From Fibrobacteria bacterium (GTDB lineage: Bacteria > Fibrobacterota > Fibrobacteria > UBA11236), in contig JBGTHM010000126.1 of assembly GCA_041746255.1 (NCBI GenBank), forward strand, positions 1-64,000: DNA of 64,000 bases. Reading direction: 5' to 3'. Below are positions 42,971 to 52,943 of this stretch, piece by piece. The translations under genes were made by a program, and so were the position numbers. Every line of letters starts with the position of its first letter. The stretch's first letter is position 1. A model generated the notes under the pieces. The model was not told the DNA's origin, ran no database searches, and saw only the letters and a list, made by a program, of their open reading frames with translations.

Positions 42971-44419
42971 ATGCTTTTCAACTCCCTCGAATTCGCCTAC
43001 TTCTTCCCCTTAGTGGTCCTGTTTTTTTTCGGGATACCCCACCGCTTCCGCTGGATGCTGCTGCTGGCAGCCAGCTATTACTTCTATATGTGCTGGAAGC
43101 CGGAATATGCCTTATTGCTGATGCTATCGACAGGTATTTCCTATGGTACCGGCATCCTGATGGGGCGTACCGAGGTGAAAGCGCGAAGGAAGGCGTACCT
43201 CATTACCAGCCTTGTAGGAAACCTGGGTATTCTTTTTTGGTTCAAATATGCCGACTTCGTAAACGAGTCCTTCCGTGCAACTTTTCAACACTTCAATATT
43301 TTCTACGGGGTTCCGGTATTTCACATCATATTACCCGTAGGTATCTCTTTTTTCGTTTTCCAATCCCTCAGCTATTCTTTCGATGTTTACCGTGGCCAGC
43401 GGGAATCTGAAAAGCACCTGGGGATTTTTGCCCTGTACGTTGCCTTTTTTCCGCAACTCGTGGCTGGGCCCATAGAAAGGTCCACTCGTTTACTTCCACA
43501 ATTCTTCCAAAAACAAAACTTCGACTACCAACGCGTAACCGATGGCCTGAAGCTGATGCTATGGGGGCTTTTCAAAAAGGTCGTAATTGCCGATCGCCTG
43601 GCGGTGGTGGTGGACCATGTTTACAGCAACCCTGCCGGTCAAAGCGGATCGGCTCTCCTGATAGCCACATATTTCTTTGCCTTCCAGATATACTGCGATT
43701 TTTCAGGTTATTCCGATATGGCCATAGGCGGCGCCAAAATAATGGGTTTTGATTTGATGAAAAATTTCAACCGTCCTTATGCCTCCCTGTCGGTTGCGGA
43801 GTTTTGGAGGCGATGGCATATATCGCTGTCGACTTGGTTCAAAGACTACCTGTACTTTCCGCTCGGCGGCAATCGCGTGGCCAAATCACGATGGTATGCG
43901 AATGTATTCGCGGTGTTCCTGGTAAGCGGCCTTTGGCATGGAGCCAATTGGACCTATGTGATTTGGGGCGCGTTGCACGGCTTCTATCTCGTTTTTGCTT
44001 TGGCCAGTGAAAACATCCGGGCAAAGGCCGCTTCCCTACTCAACATGGAGAAATTTCCCACCTTCCACAAAACCATCCGAATTTTCATCACCTTCCACCT
44101 CGTCCTGTTGGCCTGGGTGTTCTTTCGTGCCGATTCCCTATCTGACGCCATCTATATACTCACGCATATATTCGCGGATTTTTCTCAACCATTAGGCTCA
44201 TTGGACCTGGGCATGTCCTCCCAAGGACTAATTCTTTCCCTTATGGTCATCCTTTTCATGGAGGCCGTGCATTTAGTGCAGGGGCGTCAGGGGAGCGTGA
44301 TTTCGGCTTTATCCCGGAAACCGGTGGTGATTCGATGGGCCGTGTACCTATTTCTGACCTTATCCGTTCTGAACCTGAGAGTGGAGTATCAAGCTCCTTT
44401 CATTTATTTCCAGTTTTAA
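42971..44419 (+). CDS. algI: MBOAT O-acetyltransferase (AlgI/PatA family)
   Basis: MLFNS, LPVGISF, FFPQLVAGPIER, QIYCDFSGYSD, FWRRWHISLS, SGLWHGA, FIYFQF. Confidence 0.92.
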   Translation: MLFNSLEFAYFFPLVVLFFFGIPHRFRWMLLLAASYYFYMCWKPEYALLLMLSTGISYGTGILMGRTEVKARRKAYLITSLVGNLGILFWFKYADFVNESFRATFQHFNIFYGVPVFHIILPVGISFFVFQSLSYSFDVYRGQRESEKHLGIFALYVAFFPQLVAGPIERSTRLLPQFFQKQNFDYQRVTDGLKLMLWGLFKKVVIADRLAVVVDHVYSNPAGQSGSALLIATYFFAFQIYCDFSGYSDMAIGGAKIMGFDLMKNFNRPYASLSVAEFWRRWHISLSTWFKDYLYFPLGGNRVAKSRWYANVFAVFLVSGLWHGANWTYVIWGALHGFYLVFALASENIRAKAASLLNMEKFPTFHKTIRIFITFHLVLLAWVFFRADSLSDAIYILTHIFADFSQPLGSLDLGMSSQGLILSLMVILFMEAVHLVQGRQGSVISALSRKPVVIRWAVYLFLTLSVLNLRVEYQAPFIYFQF

Positions 44420-44425
44420 AGAGTT

Positions 44426-45463
44426 ATGAAATATTTTCTGGTAAAAAGCATACTCTTCCTGGGCTTGGTACTGACCGGTCAAATACTTTTATCCTTGGAA
44501 TATGGAGTGAAGCCCTTCCGGGTCGGCATTCCTGACGCACAAGGCTATACTCCGGATTCGCTCATTCTGGCCTTCCAGCAATTTTTCCAGCCCCACCCCA
44601 CTCTCGGATTCACCTGGAAAGAAAACCTGGGTGCTGATCGCAATATCGATTTGCGTTGGGCCGATCAGGAAGAAGGCGCCGTGGTAACGGATAGGCAAGG
44701 GTTCATCAATTCGCCCTACGCCATCGAAGCCCGCGCAGAGGGGAAACCGATCCATATCATCGGGCTCGGATCCTCGTTCATGCAGGGGGCCGCCGCCATA
44801 TTACACGATTTCTTCTGGGCCAAGGGGTCGTTCTATTACAATATGGCCACGCCTCGCCATACCCTGCCCCAATTCAATATCGTGCTCCGCGATTATGCCT
44901 TGGTGGAAAAGCCGGAGTGGATAGTCTACGACTTGAACGAAGCCAGTTTCAGTTTGATTGGTGACTATGAAAGCTGGTCGGAATCCGGTTTGGAATGGTT
45001 CACTTACCATTCGGGAACCTGGAGTGGGCCTCCCATTGAAACGAGCTTCGCTGCCAGGGTTCTGGAGAAACACCCTGCATTAAACGGGTTGGCTCAATCC
45101 ATGCGGAGAAAAGTCGGATTTACCCCGACAATCGAAACCTTGAGCGATAAGGAAGCCGTTGATAAGGCCTATGCCTACATCTCCTCCGCCCATGCCTTGG
45201 CGCAAAAGGAAGGGATTAAATTCTTCGTTCTACTCATCCCCAGTAAAGACGTGGCGATTTACGGTAAATCCGAAAAATCGGCTTTATTGAATGCCACCCT
45301 CCCTCGCTTGCAAAATGCGGGAATTCCCGTGTTGGACTTACGGATTCCCTTTGCCACGGAAAACGATCCGCGCGCCTTGTATTATAAAATCGACGGTCAT
45401 TGGAACTCCTACGGAATCTATAAAGCCGGCATGGCCATGGCCGATTTCATGGCCGAAAAATGA
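44426..45463 (+). CDS. SGNH-like O-acetyltransferase (AlgJ/AlgX-like)
   Basis: N-terminal TM helix; IIGLGSSF (GDS-like Ser) and IDGHWN (DxH) motifs; follows the MBOAT gene. Confidence 0.75.
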   Translation: MKYFLVKSILFLGLVLTGQILLSLEYGVKPFRVGIPDAQGYTPDSLILAFQQFFQPHPTLGFTWKENLGADRNIDLRWADQEEGAVVTDRQGFINSPYAIEARAEGKPIHIIGLGSSFMQGAAAILHDFFWAKGSFYYNMATPRHTLPQFNIVLRDYALVEKPEWIVYDLNEASFSLIGDYESWSESGLEWFTYHSGTWSGPPIETSFAARVLEKHPALNGLAQSMRRKVGFTPTIETLSDKEAVDKAYAYISSAHALAQKEGIKFFVLLIPSKDVAIYGKSEKSALLNATLPRLQNAGIPVLDLRIPFATENDPRALYYKIDGHWNSYGIYKAGMAMADFMAEK

Positions 45464-45528
45464 ACTGTTTCGGACTTCAACGAATATGATATACTTGCAC
45501 CATGTACGAATAATAGAAAGGGACGAAA

Positions 45529-46338
45529 ATGGACGATTTATCCAAATGTCAAGCTGTGATACTTTGCGGGGGACAAGGCACCCGAATCCGCTCTGTAAGC
45601 GAGGATAAACCCAAGCCGCTTATCGATGTGGGTGGTAAGCCCATTCTTTGGCACATTATGAAAATTTATTCCTTTTACGGAGTGCGGAAGTTCATCTTGT
45701 GTCTAGGTCACAAAGGCGATGCCATCATCGATTTTTTCGAGAACTACCATGCCTATAACCATGACTTTTCCATGAGCATCGGCAATAAGGATAAGAAATC
45801 ATTCCATTACCCGGAAAAGTACAAGGACGGCGCCGACGTCAATGAATGGGAAATCACCTTCGCATTAACCGGCGAAGAAACGCAAACCGGTGGTCGAATC
45901 CGGCGCATCGAACCGTATGTCAAGAACGACACGTTTTTCTGTACTTACGGTGATGGCGTGTGTGATTCCGACTTGCGCCAGCTCCATGCATTCCACCTGG
46001 CCAAGGGCAAGATTGCAACTCTGACGGGAGTGCATTTGCCAACCACCTTCGGCATCGTGGAAGCCGATGATAAAGGGGACATATCCTCTTTCCGGGAAAA
46101 ACCGGTGATGTCAGGACTTATCAACGGCGGGTTTTTCGCCTTCAACAAAGGTCTTTTCGATTACCTGGACGGAGACGATACCATTCTCGAAGGCAAGCCC
46201 TTCAAGAAACTGGTACGCGACCAACAAATCGGAATGTTCCGCCATGAAGGCTTTTGGCATTGCATGGATACTTACAAGGATTATCAGAACCTAAACCAGC
46301 TTTGGAAGGAAAATAAGGCCCCATGGAAAATCTGGTAG
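45529..46338 (+). CDS. rfbF: Glucose-1-phosphate cytidylyltransferase
   Basis: VILCGGQGTR, KPKPL, PILWHIMK, TGGRI, TYGDG, FWHCMDT, APWKIW. Confidence 0.93.
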   Translation: MDDLSKCQAVILCGGQGTRIRSVSEDKPKPLIDVGGKPILWHIMKIYSFYGVRKFILCLGHKGDAIIDFFENYHAYNHDFSMSIGNKDKKSFHYPEKYKDGADVNEWEITFALTGEETQTGGRIRRIEPYVKNDTFFCTYGDGVCDSDLRQLHAFHLAKGKIATLTGVHLPTTFGIVEADDKGDISSFREKPVMSGLINGGFFAFNKGLFDYLDGDDTILEGKPFKKLVRDQQIGMFRHEGFWHCMDTYKDYQNLNQLWKENKAPWKIW

Positions 46339-46358
46339 GTCGCAAGCAGGAGTTCAAC

Positions 46359-47462
46359 ATGGAAAAACTATTTTCAGGCGTCTATAAAGGAAAGACCGTG
46401 ATGGTAACCGGCCATACCGGTTTCAAAGGCTCTTGGCTAAGCATGTGGCTTTGTCGCATGGGCGCCAAGGTGGTGGGATTCTCCCTCGGGCCACCCACCG
46501 AACCCAGCCACCTTCCCTTGCTTAAGCTGGACATGGTTTCCTTAAACGGGGATGTGAGGGATTTCTCAGCGGTGCAAAAGGCCATGCAAGCGCATAATCC
46601 CGAAATTGTCTTTCATCTGGCCGCCCAGCCTATTGTGCGCCTCTCCTACCAACAACCCCTGGAAACCTACCATACCAACGTAATGGGAACCGCCAATGTG
46701 CTGGAAGCTTGCCGCGGCCAGGACTCGGTAAAGGCGATTGTATGTATCACCTCCGATAAGGTATACGACAACCAGGAATGGGCTTGGGGGTATCGGGAGA
46801 ATGACCGATTGGGAGGATTCGATCCCTATAGCGCCTCCAAGGCTTGCGCCGAATTGGTCATTGCCAGCTACCGTAATGCCTTCATGAATCTGAAAAATTA
46901 TGGAAAAACCCATAATAAGCTCATCGCCTCGGTCCGTGCCGGCAATGTAATCGGCGGGGGTGATTGGGCTCCCGACAGGCTCATTCCCGATGCCGTACGC
47001 GCTGCCAGCCGTAAGGAAACCGTGGTCATACGCAATCCTTCGGCTACGCGCCCCTGGCAACACGTGCTCGAATGCCTTTCGGGTTATCTCGTCGTCGGCG
47101 AAAAGTTACTGAAGGGAGAATCCGCCATAGCCCGCGAATGGAATTTCGGTCCCTTGGAAGGCGGAATTTACAGCGTTGGTCATGTCGTCAAGGAATTGGG
47201 AGAATGCTGGTCGGATATTAAGCATGTGGTGGAATTGGATCCCAATAATCCCCATGAAGCTTTTTCCCTTACGCTGGATTCGTCATTTGCCACCATCAAG
47301 CTGGGATGGAAACCGGCTTGGCCTAACAGCCTCACTTTCTTGCGCACCATCGATTGGTATCGCGAATATTACACGTCCGGAAAAGTTACCAGCCAAGCCA
47401 ACCTTGAGGATTATGTGGCGTCCGCCCAGGAAGGTAAGATTCCATGGTCCAAAGTATCCTGA
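46359..47462 (+). CDS. rfbG: CDP-glucose 4,6-dehydratase
   Basis: TGHTGFKGSWL, HLAAQP, TSDK, YSASK, RAGNVIGGGDW, RPWQHVLE. Confidence 0.95.
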   Translation: MEKLFSGVYKGKTVMVTGHTGFKGSWLSMWLCRMGAKVVGFSLGPPTEPSHLPLLKLDMVSLNGDVRDFSAVQKAMQAHNPEIVFHLAAQPIVRLSYQQPLETYHTNVMGTANVLEACRGQDSVKAIVCITSDKVYDNQEWAWGYRENDRLGGFDPYSASKACAELVIASYRNAFMNLKNYGKTHNKLIASVRAGNVIGGGDWAPDRLIPDAVRAASRKETVVIRNPSATRPWQHVLECLSGYLVVGEKLLKGESAIAREWNFGPLEGGIYSVGHVVKELGECWSDIKHVVELDPNNPHEAFSLTLDSSFATIKLGWKPAWPNSLTFLRTIDWYREYYTSGKVTSQANLEDYVASAQEGKIPWSKVS

Positions 47463-48367
47463 TCACCGGAGCCAACGGTTTCGTCGGTGGGCATTTGGCC
47501 CGGGCTCTGGCCTCCAGTGGCACCCGATCCCTCCTATTGACGGGAAGGCAGGAAACCTACTCCCACGGAACCTTGCCCCCGGGATGTCAATACCTACAGG
47601 CCGATTTGGAAAACCCTTCCGAGGCGATGACAAGATCACGCTTCGATATCATCATTCATCTGGCGGCGGCGCTCAGTACCCAGGACTCCTCAACCGCGCG
47701 TAGGGCGCTGATGGATGCCAACGTATCGTGCACGCTTTCCATGCTCGAATTGGCCCGGGAGCACGGAGCTTTTTTCGTTTTCCCCTCTTCCGGTTTGCTC
47801 TATGGCGACCAACCCGGTCCGCATCATGAGGATCTGCCTTTACTGCCCTTGAATTTTTACACGTTTTCCAAGTTGATGGCGGAGCAGCTGATCGAACATT
47901 TTCACCGATATCATGCCGTAAAGGCTTTGGTCTTACGCGCTTCGCTCATTTACGGTCCCGGCCAGGGTGGTGCGATGTTCATTCCTTCCATCGTCAAAGC
48001 CCTGGTCGACGGCGAAGAGTTTCCCATGACGGCCGGTCAACAAAAACGGGATTTCATCTATATCGACGATCTCATAGCTGCCCTCGATTCGGCAATCTCC
48101 CAGCAATTGACCGGCACCTTCAACTTGGGGGGAGGAGTCGCTCCCACTTTAGCGGAAGTGGCGGAAATGGCGGGTCAAATCACCGGCAATTCCTCCAAAC
48201 TCCGCATGGGAGCCATACCCTACCGTAAAGTCGAGTCGTGGGAATATTTTCTGCAAATCGGAAAATTACAAAAAGCACTGGGCTGGTCTCCGCGAGTGGA
48301 TTTAAAAACGGGTTTGGAAAAAGTAGTCCAGTACGAAAAGGACAAAAGGCGGCGGCTTGGAAAATAG
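47444..48367 (+). CDS. NAD-dependent nucleotide-sugar epimerase/4-reductase (extended SDR)
   Basis: TGANGFVG, HLAA, YxxxK (YTFSK), IYGPG, RDFIYIDD. Confidence 0.88.
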   Translation: MVQSILITGANGFVGGHLARALASSGTRSLLLTGRQETYSHGTLPPGCQYLQADLENPSEAMTRSRFDIIIHLAAALSTQDSSTARRALMDANVSCTLSMLELAREHGAFFVFPSSGLLYGDQPGPHHEDLPLLPLNFYTFSKLMAEQLIEHFHRYHAVKALVLRASLIYGPGQGGAMFIPSIVKALVDGEEFPMTAGQQKRDFIYIDDLIAALDSAISQQLTGTFNLGGGVAPTLAEVAEMAGQITGNSSKLRMGAIPYRKVESWEYFLQIGKLQKALGWSPRVDLKTGLEKVVQYEKDKRRRLGK

Positions 48368-49208
48368 AGATTCTCTTCGAAAAGCCGTTATCCGGGCGAT
48401 TACCGGCGTCCTAGTTCCTTTAGGAATCGCTTATGCTGGTACTACAGTCCCGTCCCTCGCGTGCGATTCCGTGCACGCGCTGGAGAGAATCAGGGCGGAA
48501 GAATACCCCCAGGCCTTGAAGGAATTGCCCAATTGCCAGACTTCGAATAATTACTCCAAGTGGGTAGGACTTGCTTATCATGGTCTGCAAATCGCCGATT
48601 CCACCGTGCATTATTTGAGTTTGGCCCGGAAAAATAAACCCGTAGACGATACCCTGAAATTATGCCTTGCCGAGGGGCTTTTCTGGCAGAAGAAAATTCG
48701 CGAAGGGTCCCGCCTTCTGGATGAGGTCAAGAATAAGCAAAGCCTCGCCTATTTGAGGGTAGCTGCTACGCAATTGGAAATGCGTAATAAGTTCGGTCAA
48801 GCCATCAAAGTGCATGATCGCATTCTCGCTCAGGAACCAACCGCATCTGCTTCCATCTTCAAAAAAGCCATGCTGCTTTCTTGGATGAAGCGTCTGGACG
48901 AGTCTATACAGATCTATACAGGACTCATCGATTCGGAGGATGTGCCGGCTTCCATGAAAGTGAATAGCCGCATCCATCGGGCGGAAGTCATTGCCTGGAA
49001 AGGTGATTTTGTCCGTGCCCTCGCCGAACTGGATGAAGTGCTTAAGCTGGACGCGAATAATATTCCAGCTCGGCTACAAAAGGGTGTAATTCACGAATGG
49101 CGCGGTGAGTTCAAAGAAGCCAAAAATATTTACCGGGACATCCTCCTGATTGAGCCGGAAAACCCGTCCGGCAAGGCTAAACTGGAAACGCTGTTATGGG
49201 TCAGGTAG
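48357..49208 (+). CDS. Secreted TPR protein, paralog of 39802
   Basis: Shared motifs GLAYH/GLNYH, DDTL..LAE..FW, RAEV..WK.DF, and C-terminal LE.L.WV(R/K). Confidence 0.75.
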   Translation: MENRDSLRKAVIRAITGVLVPLGIAYAGTTVPSLACDSVHALERIRAEEYPQALKELPNCQTSNNYSKWVGLAYHGLQIADSTVHYLSLARKNKPVDDTLKLCLAEGLFWQKKIREGSRLLDEVKNKQSLAYLRVAATQLEMRNKFGQAIKVHDRILAQEPTASASIFKKAMLLSWMKRLDESIQIYTGLIDSEDVPASMKVNSRIHRAEVIAWKGDFVRALAELDEVLKLDANNIPARLQKGVIHEWRGEFKEAKNIYRDILLIEPENPSGKAKLETLLWVR

Positions 49209-50737
49209 GTTTTTTCACCGGTACCAAAACCCTCAAGGTCAGTACCGCCGATAAAATTATTTTTCTAATCCTAATTACCCTGGGAATACAGGCCGCGTTG
49301 TATTTCGCCGATTATTGGTTTCTCGGTGACCACCGGAAAAACCTCATACTCTTCCCCATCCTGAGCTACGCCATTTTCCGTGGTGTTTTCCGCAGCATCG
49401 CAAGTTGGTTCATATTCCTATTCGCCTCCATACCCAGTGAGCGGAAATCCACAAGCAGCCGGACGGTAGATGTTCTCATGACAGCCATGCCGGGGGAGCC
49501 GCTGGAGATGTTCGCCACCACCTTACAAGCCATTTCTGAAATGCGACATCCGCATACCACTTATCTGCTGGACGGCGGAGATAGCCCTGAACTCAAGGAC
49601 TTGTGCCATAAATTCGGAGCGCAACACGTCAATTGTGTCGGTATCGGTGGCGCCAAAGCAGGCAAGGTGAATCACTGTTTACGGAATTTCGCCAAAAGTG
49701 AAATCGTGCTGGTGCTCGATCCGGACCACATTCCCAAACCCGACTTCATTGACAGGGTGCTTCCGCAATTCGAAGATGAAAAAGTGGGTTTCGTCCAAGT
49801 CGTACAGAGCTATTACAACATCCGGGAAAATTTCGTCGCGAGGGGAGCGGCGGAACAAACCTACGGATTCTACGGGCCCTTGATGATGGGTCTCAACGGT
49901 TTGGGCATACCCGTAGCCATAGGCGCCAATTGCACCTTCCGCAGGGCGGCGCTCGACAGCATCGGCGGTCACGCCGAATCGTTGGCCGAGGACGTCAACA
50001 CCTCGCTTCGTCTGCATGCCCAGGGATGGAAAAGCGTCTACCTACCTTTTCGCGCCTCTTACGGATTGGTTCCCGCCGATTTGAAATCCTTCTACAGCCA
50101 ACAATTGAAATGGGCGGCTGGGATGTTCCGGTTGTTCTTCGGCGAATATTTCAAGGTTTTCCCACGCTTGAACCTACAGGCCAAATTGAATTATTTATTT
50201 TCCGGCACCTTCTACCTGCACGGGTTAACATATTTTCTCACCATGGTTTTGCCCATAGTCTTTTTATTCGGACAAATCTACGCGGTGGAAATGAAATTCA
50301 GCGAGTTCCTCTATCACGCCCTGCCCTTTCTCTTGGTTGCGACCTCCATCATTTATTTCGTGCAAAGGTGGTATTCAGACGAAGGGGAAAAAGGCTTTCC
50401 TTGGCGTTCCATGCTATTGGAGCGCGGAACCTGGCACATCTATTTTCTGGCTTTGATTTATACCCTCATAGGGAAAAAGGTATTGTATTTGCCCACTCCC
50501 AAAAAGGCGGGGAAGCAGGGCGGGCTCATTCTGGCCTTGCCCCATCTGGCGGTTATTCTTCTTTCCGGAGCCGCCATTGTATTCGCCCTGAACACTTACC
50601 ACCGCATCGATGATGGCACCCGGCTGATGGTATTCTTCGCAAGCTTGAATATCGTGACGCTCTTGCCCACGGTGTTTATCTGTCTTCAGGATTATCTCCC
50701 CCGAGCCACCAAAAGCGGAAACGGCGGGGTATCATGA
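49196..50737 (+). CDS. Processive GT2 polysaccharide synthase (cellulose-synthase-like, no PilZ domain)
   Basis: LLDGG, AKAG, LDPDH (DxD), FVQ..Q, GAN..FRR.AL, AED, QQLKW (QxxRW variant), PTPK; multiple TM helices. Confidence 0.88.
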   Translation: MGQVGFFTGTKTLKVSTADKIIFLILITLGIQAALYFADYWFLGDHRKNLILFPILSYAIFRGVFRSIASWFIFLFASIPSERKSTSSRTVDVLMTAMPGEPLEMFATTLQAISEMRHPHTTYLLDGGDSPELKDLCHKFGAQHVNCVGIGGAKAGKVNHCLRNFAKSEIVLVLDPDHIPKPDFIDRVLPQFEDEKVGFVQVVQSYYNIRENFVARGAAEQTYGFYGPLMMGLNGLGIPVAIGANCTFRRAALDSIGGHAESLAEDVNTSLRLHAQGWKSVYLPFRASYGLVPADLKSFYSQQLKWAAGMFRLFFGEYFKVFPRLNLQAKLNYLFSGTFYLHGLTYFLTMVLPIVFLFGQIYAVEMKFSEFLYHALPFLLVATSIIYFVQRWYSDEGEKGFPWRSMLLERGTWHIYFLALIYTLIGKKVLYLPTPKKAGKQGGLILALPHLAVILLSGAAIVFALNTYHRIDDGTRLMVFFASLNIVTLLPTVFICLQDYLPRATKSGNGGVS

Positions 50738-51801
50738 AAACTTTCCGTTACCTCCTACTGGGTTTGGCCTATGCCGTCGTATTGGGTCTATTGTATATCC
50801 ATGTCGTTCCCCGCATAGAAGCCCGCGCCAAACATTTGACCTTCAATTATTTGATCAAAAACCTGGCGCATGACAAAAACGCCTTACTGAAGAACCAGTC
50901 CTTCCACTTGGGAATTTATCGTCCGGAACTGCCCTATCATTTCGACAAGGTGTTTGAAGTGGAAGATAGTTTGGGCGTCTCCCTTTCCATCATTTCCTAT
51001 TACCAGGCCTGGGGAGAAGGTCCCGAGCATGAGCTGAACCGGGAGATTTTGGAAAACATCCATCGCGGCGGTTATACGCCGATGATTACCTGGGAGCCCT
51101 GGGTTTCCGCATTCCCACAATACCGTGGAATCGTGCCGGATTCCAGCTTGACATTCATCTCCCAGGGAGAATTCGACGACTACATACGAAGGTGGGCCCG
51201 CGAGGCGACCCGATACGGAAAGCCGATGCTGGTGCGCTACGCCCATGAATTTTCCAATCATTGGTACGGTTGGAGCAGTACCCGCGGAAACGACAGCGCC
51301 GCATTCATCGATGCCTGGAGGCATGTGCATGACATCTTCCAGGAGGAAGGGGCGCGAAACGTGGCTTTCGTCTGGAATCCCTTTTTACCGCAAGATACGG
51401 CGTATTATCCCGGAGCGGAATACGTCGATTGGGTCACCTTGGATATTTTCAACTTTGGACCCATAGTTGAGGATGGTTATTGGCTGGACTTTTTCACCTT
51501 GGCCCGGACTTTGTATAACCCCATGCGTCAATTCGACAAACCCATACTAATCGCCGAAACAGGAAGCGTTCCAGCGGGTGGAAATAAAAATCATTGGTAT
51601 CGGGACATGTTTCACTCACTGGCACAAGGGGACTTTCCCCTGGTAAAAGGCTTGGTGCTTTTTGACACCCCCCTGGCCAAGGCTCCCAACGGAATGGATG
51701 TCGACCTGTCCATGACCTCCGACGATGAGGTCTATGCGGCCATCAAGGAGCATCCTTCCATGGAAAAGTTAGGGCTTAGACCCGTCAAGCGACGAGACTG
51801 A
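50734..51801 (+). CDS. Membrane-anchored glycoside hydrolase family 26
   Basis: PMITWEPW, G.FDDYI..WA, RYAHEF...WY.W, FVWNP, YYPG..YVDW, KPILIAETG. Confidence 0.9.
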   Translation: MKTFRYLLLGLAYAVVLGLLYIHVVPRIEARAKHLTFNYLIKNLAHDKNALLKNQSFHLGIYRPELPYHFDKVFEVEDSLGVSLSIISYYQAWGEGPEHELNREILENIHRGGYTPMITWEPWVSAFPQYRGIVPDSSLTFISQGEFDDYIRRWAREATRYGKPMLVRYAHEFSNHWYGWSSTRGNDSAAFIDAWRHVHDIFQEEGARNVAFVWNPFLPQDTAYYPGAEYVDWVTLDIFNFGPIVEDGYWLDFFTLARTLYNPMRQFDKPILIAETGSVPAGGNKNHWYRDMFHSLAQGDFPLVKGLVLFDTPLAKAPNGMDVDLSMTSDDEVYAAIKEHPSMEKLGLRPVKRRD

Positions 51802-51810
51802 CGTCACCCA

Positions 51811-52860
51811 TCAGCGCGATAAGCGCCAAGCCAATTTGTGTCCTGCCTGCAAGGGGATGATCTCTCCGCCGTTCACAAAAGGTAATGTAGAAGGTACTCT
51901 TGCTTCCTCGCGTTCGAGGCGAATTCGCCCCGGATTTCGCGCAAGTCGATAAAAGTCGGCGCCGAAGTGGGAGGCGAATCCTTCCAAGCGATCGAGTGCG
52001 CCCAGTTGCTCGAAGAGGGTCGCGTAAAGCTCGATTGCCACCGGTGCGCTATAACAGCCGGCACACCCACAAGCCGATTCCTTGACGCTGCGGGCATGCG
52101 GTGCGGAATCCGTACCCAGGAAAAATTTGGGATTGCCACTGATGGCCGCCTTCTGCAAGGCGATTTGATGAGCGCGCGCTTTTAAAATCGGGAGGCAATA
52201 GAGATGCGGCCGAATACCTCCCACCAACATGTCATTACGATTGAACAGCAAATGCTGAGGCGTGATTGTGGCTGCGATATGGGCAGGCGCATTGCGTACG
52301 AAATCTACAGCGTTTTCCGTGGTGATATGTTCGAATACAATTCTTAACTTCGGGAACCGATTCAGGATTGGCTGTAAATGCCGTTCTATGAAAACCGCTT
52401 CCCGGTCGAAGATATCGATTTCAAAGTCGGTCACTTCCCCATGCACCAAAAGCGGAACATCCTGCTCTTCCATTGCTGCCACCACGGGGTAAAGTGCGGT
52501 CAAGTCCTGCACGCCGGCAGCGGAATTGGTGGTCGCTCCCGCCGGGTAGAGCTTGTAGGAATGGATGATGGGGTTAGCTGCCGCCGCCTTGATGTCCGAA
52601 GGACGGGTTTTATCCGTAAGATACAGGCTCATCAAAGGCTTGAATGCTTGGCCTTTCGGGACGTGCGTAAGAATGCGTTCGCGATAGCCTTCCGCTTCCG
52701 CAACCGTTGCCACGGGTGGGGATAGATTGGGCATGACCACGGCGCGCGCGAAACATCGGCTGGTAGCCGGGACGGTATAGGTCAAAGCATCTCCATCCCT
52801 CAAATGAAGATGCCAATCGTCGGGGGTGCCGATTTCAAGAATCTGGGTGGTTTCGCTCAT
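51811..52860 (-). CDS. pyrC: Dihydroorotase (E. coli-type, class II)
   Basis: [41 protein letters not shown]. Confidence 0.97.
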   Translation of the reverse strand: MSETTQILEIGTPDDWHLHLRDGDALTYTVPATSRCFARAVVMPNLSPPVATVAEAEGYRERILTHVPKGQAFKPLMSLYLTDKTRPSDIKAAAANPIIHSYKLYPAGATTNSAAGVQDLTALYPVVAAMEEQDVPLLVHGEVTDFEIDIFDREAVFIERHLQPILNRFPKLRIVFEHITTENAVDFVRNAPAHIAATITPQHLLFNRNDMLVGGIRPHLYCLPILKARAHQIALQKAAISGNPKFFLGTDSAPHARSVKESACGCAGCYSAPVAIELYATLFEQLGALDRLEGFASHFGADFYRLARNPGRIRLEREEARVPSTLPFVNGGEIIPLQAGHKLAWRLSR

Positions 52861-52943
52861 GCTTTTAGGGCCTAAATGCCCTACTCCTGCCGGGAAAGGT
52901 AATATTTCCAGGAAGTTCCCGAGAGAGCTACCCCATTACAGTG

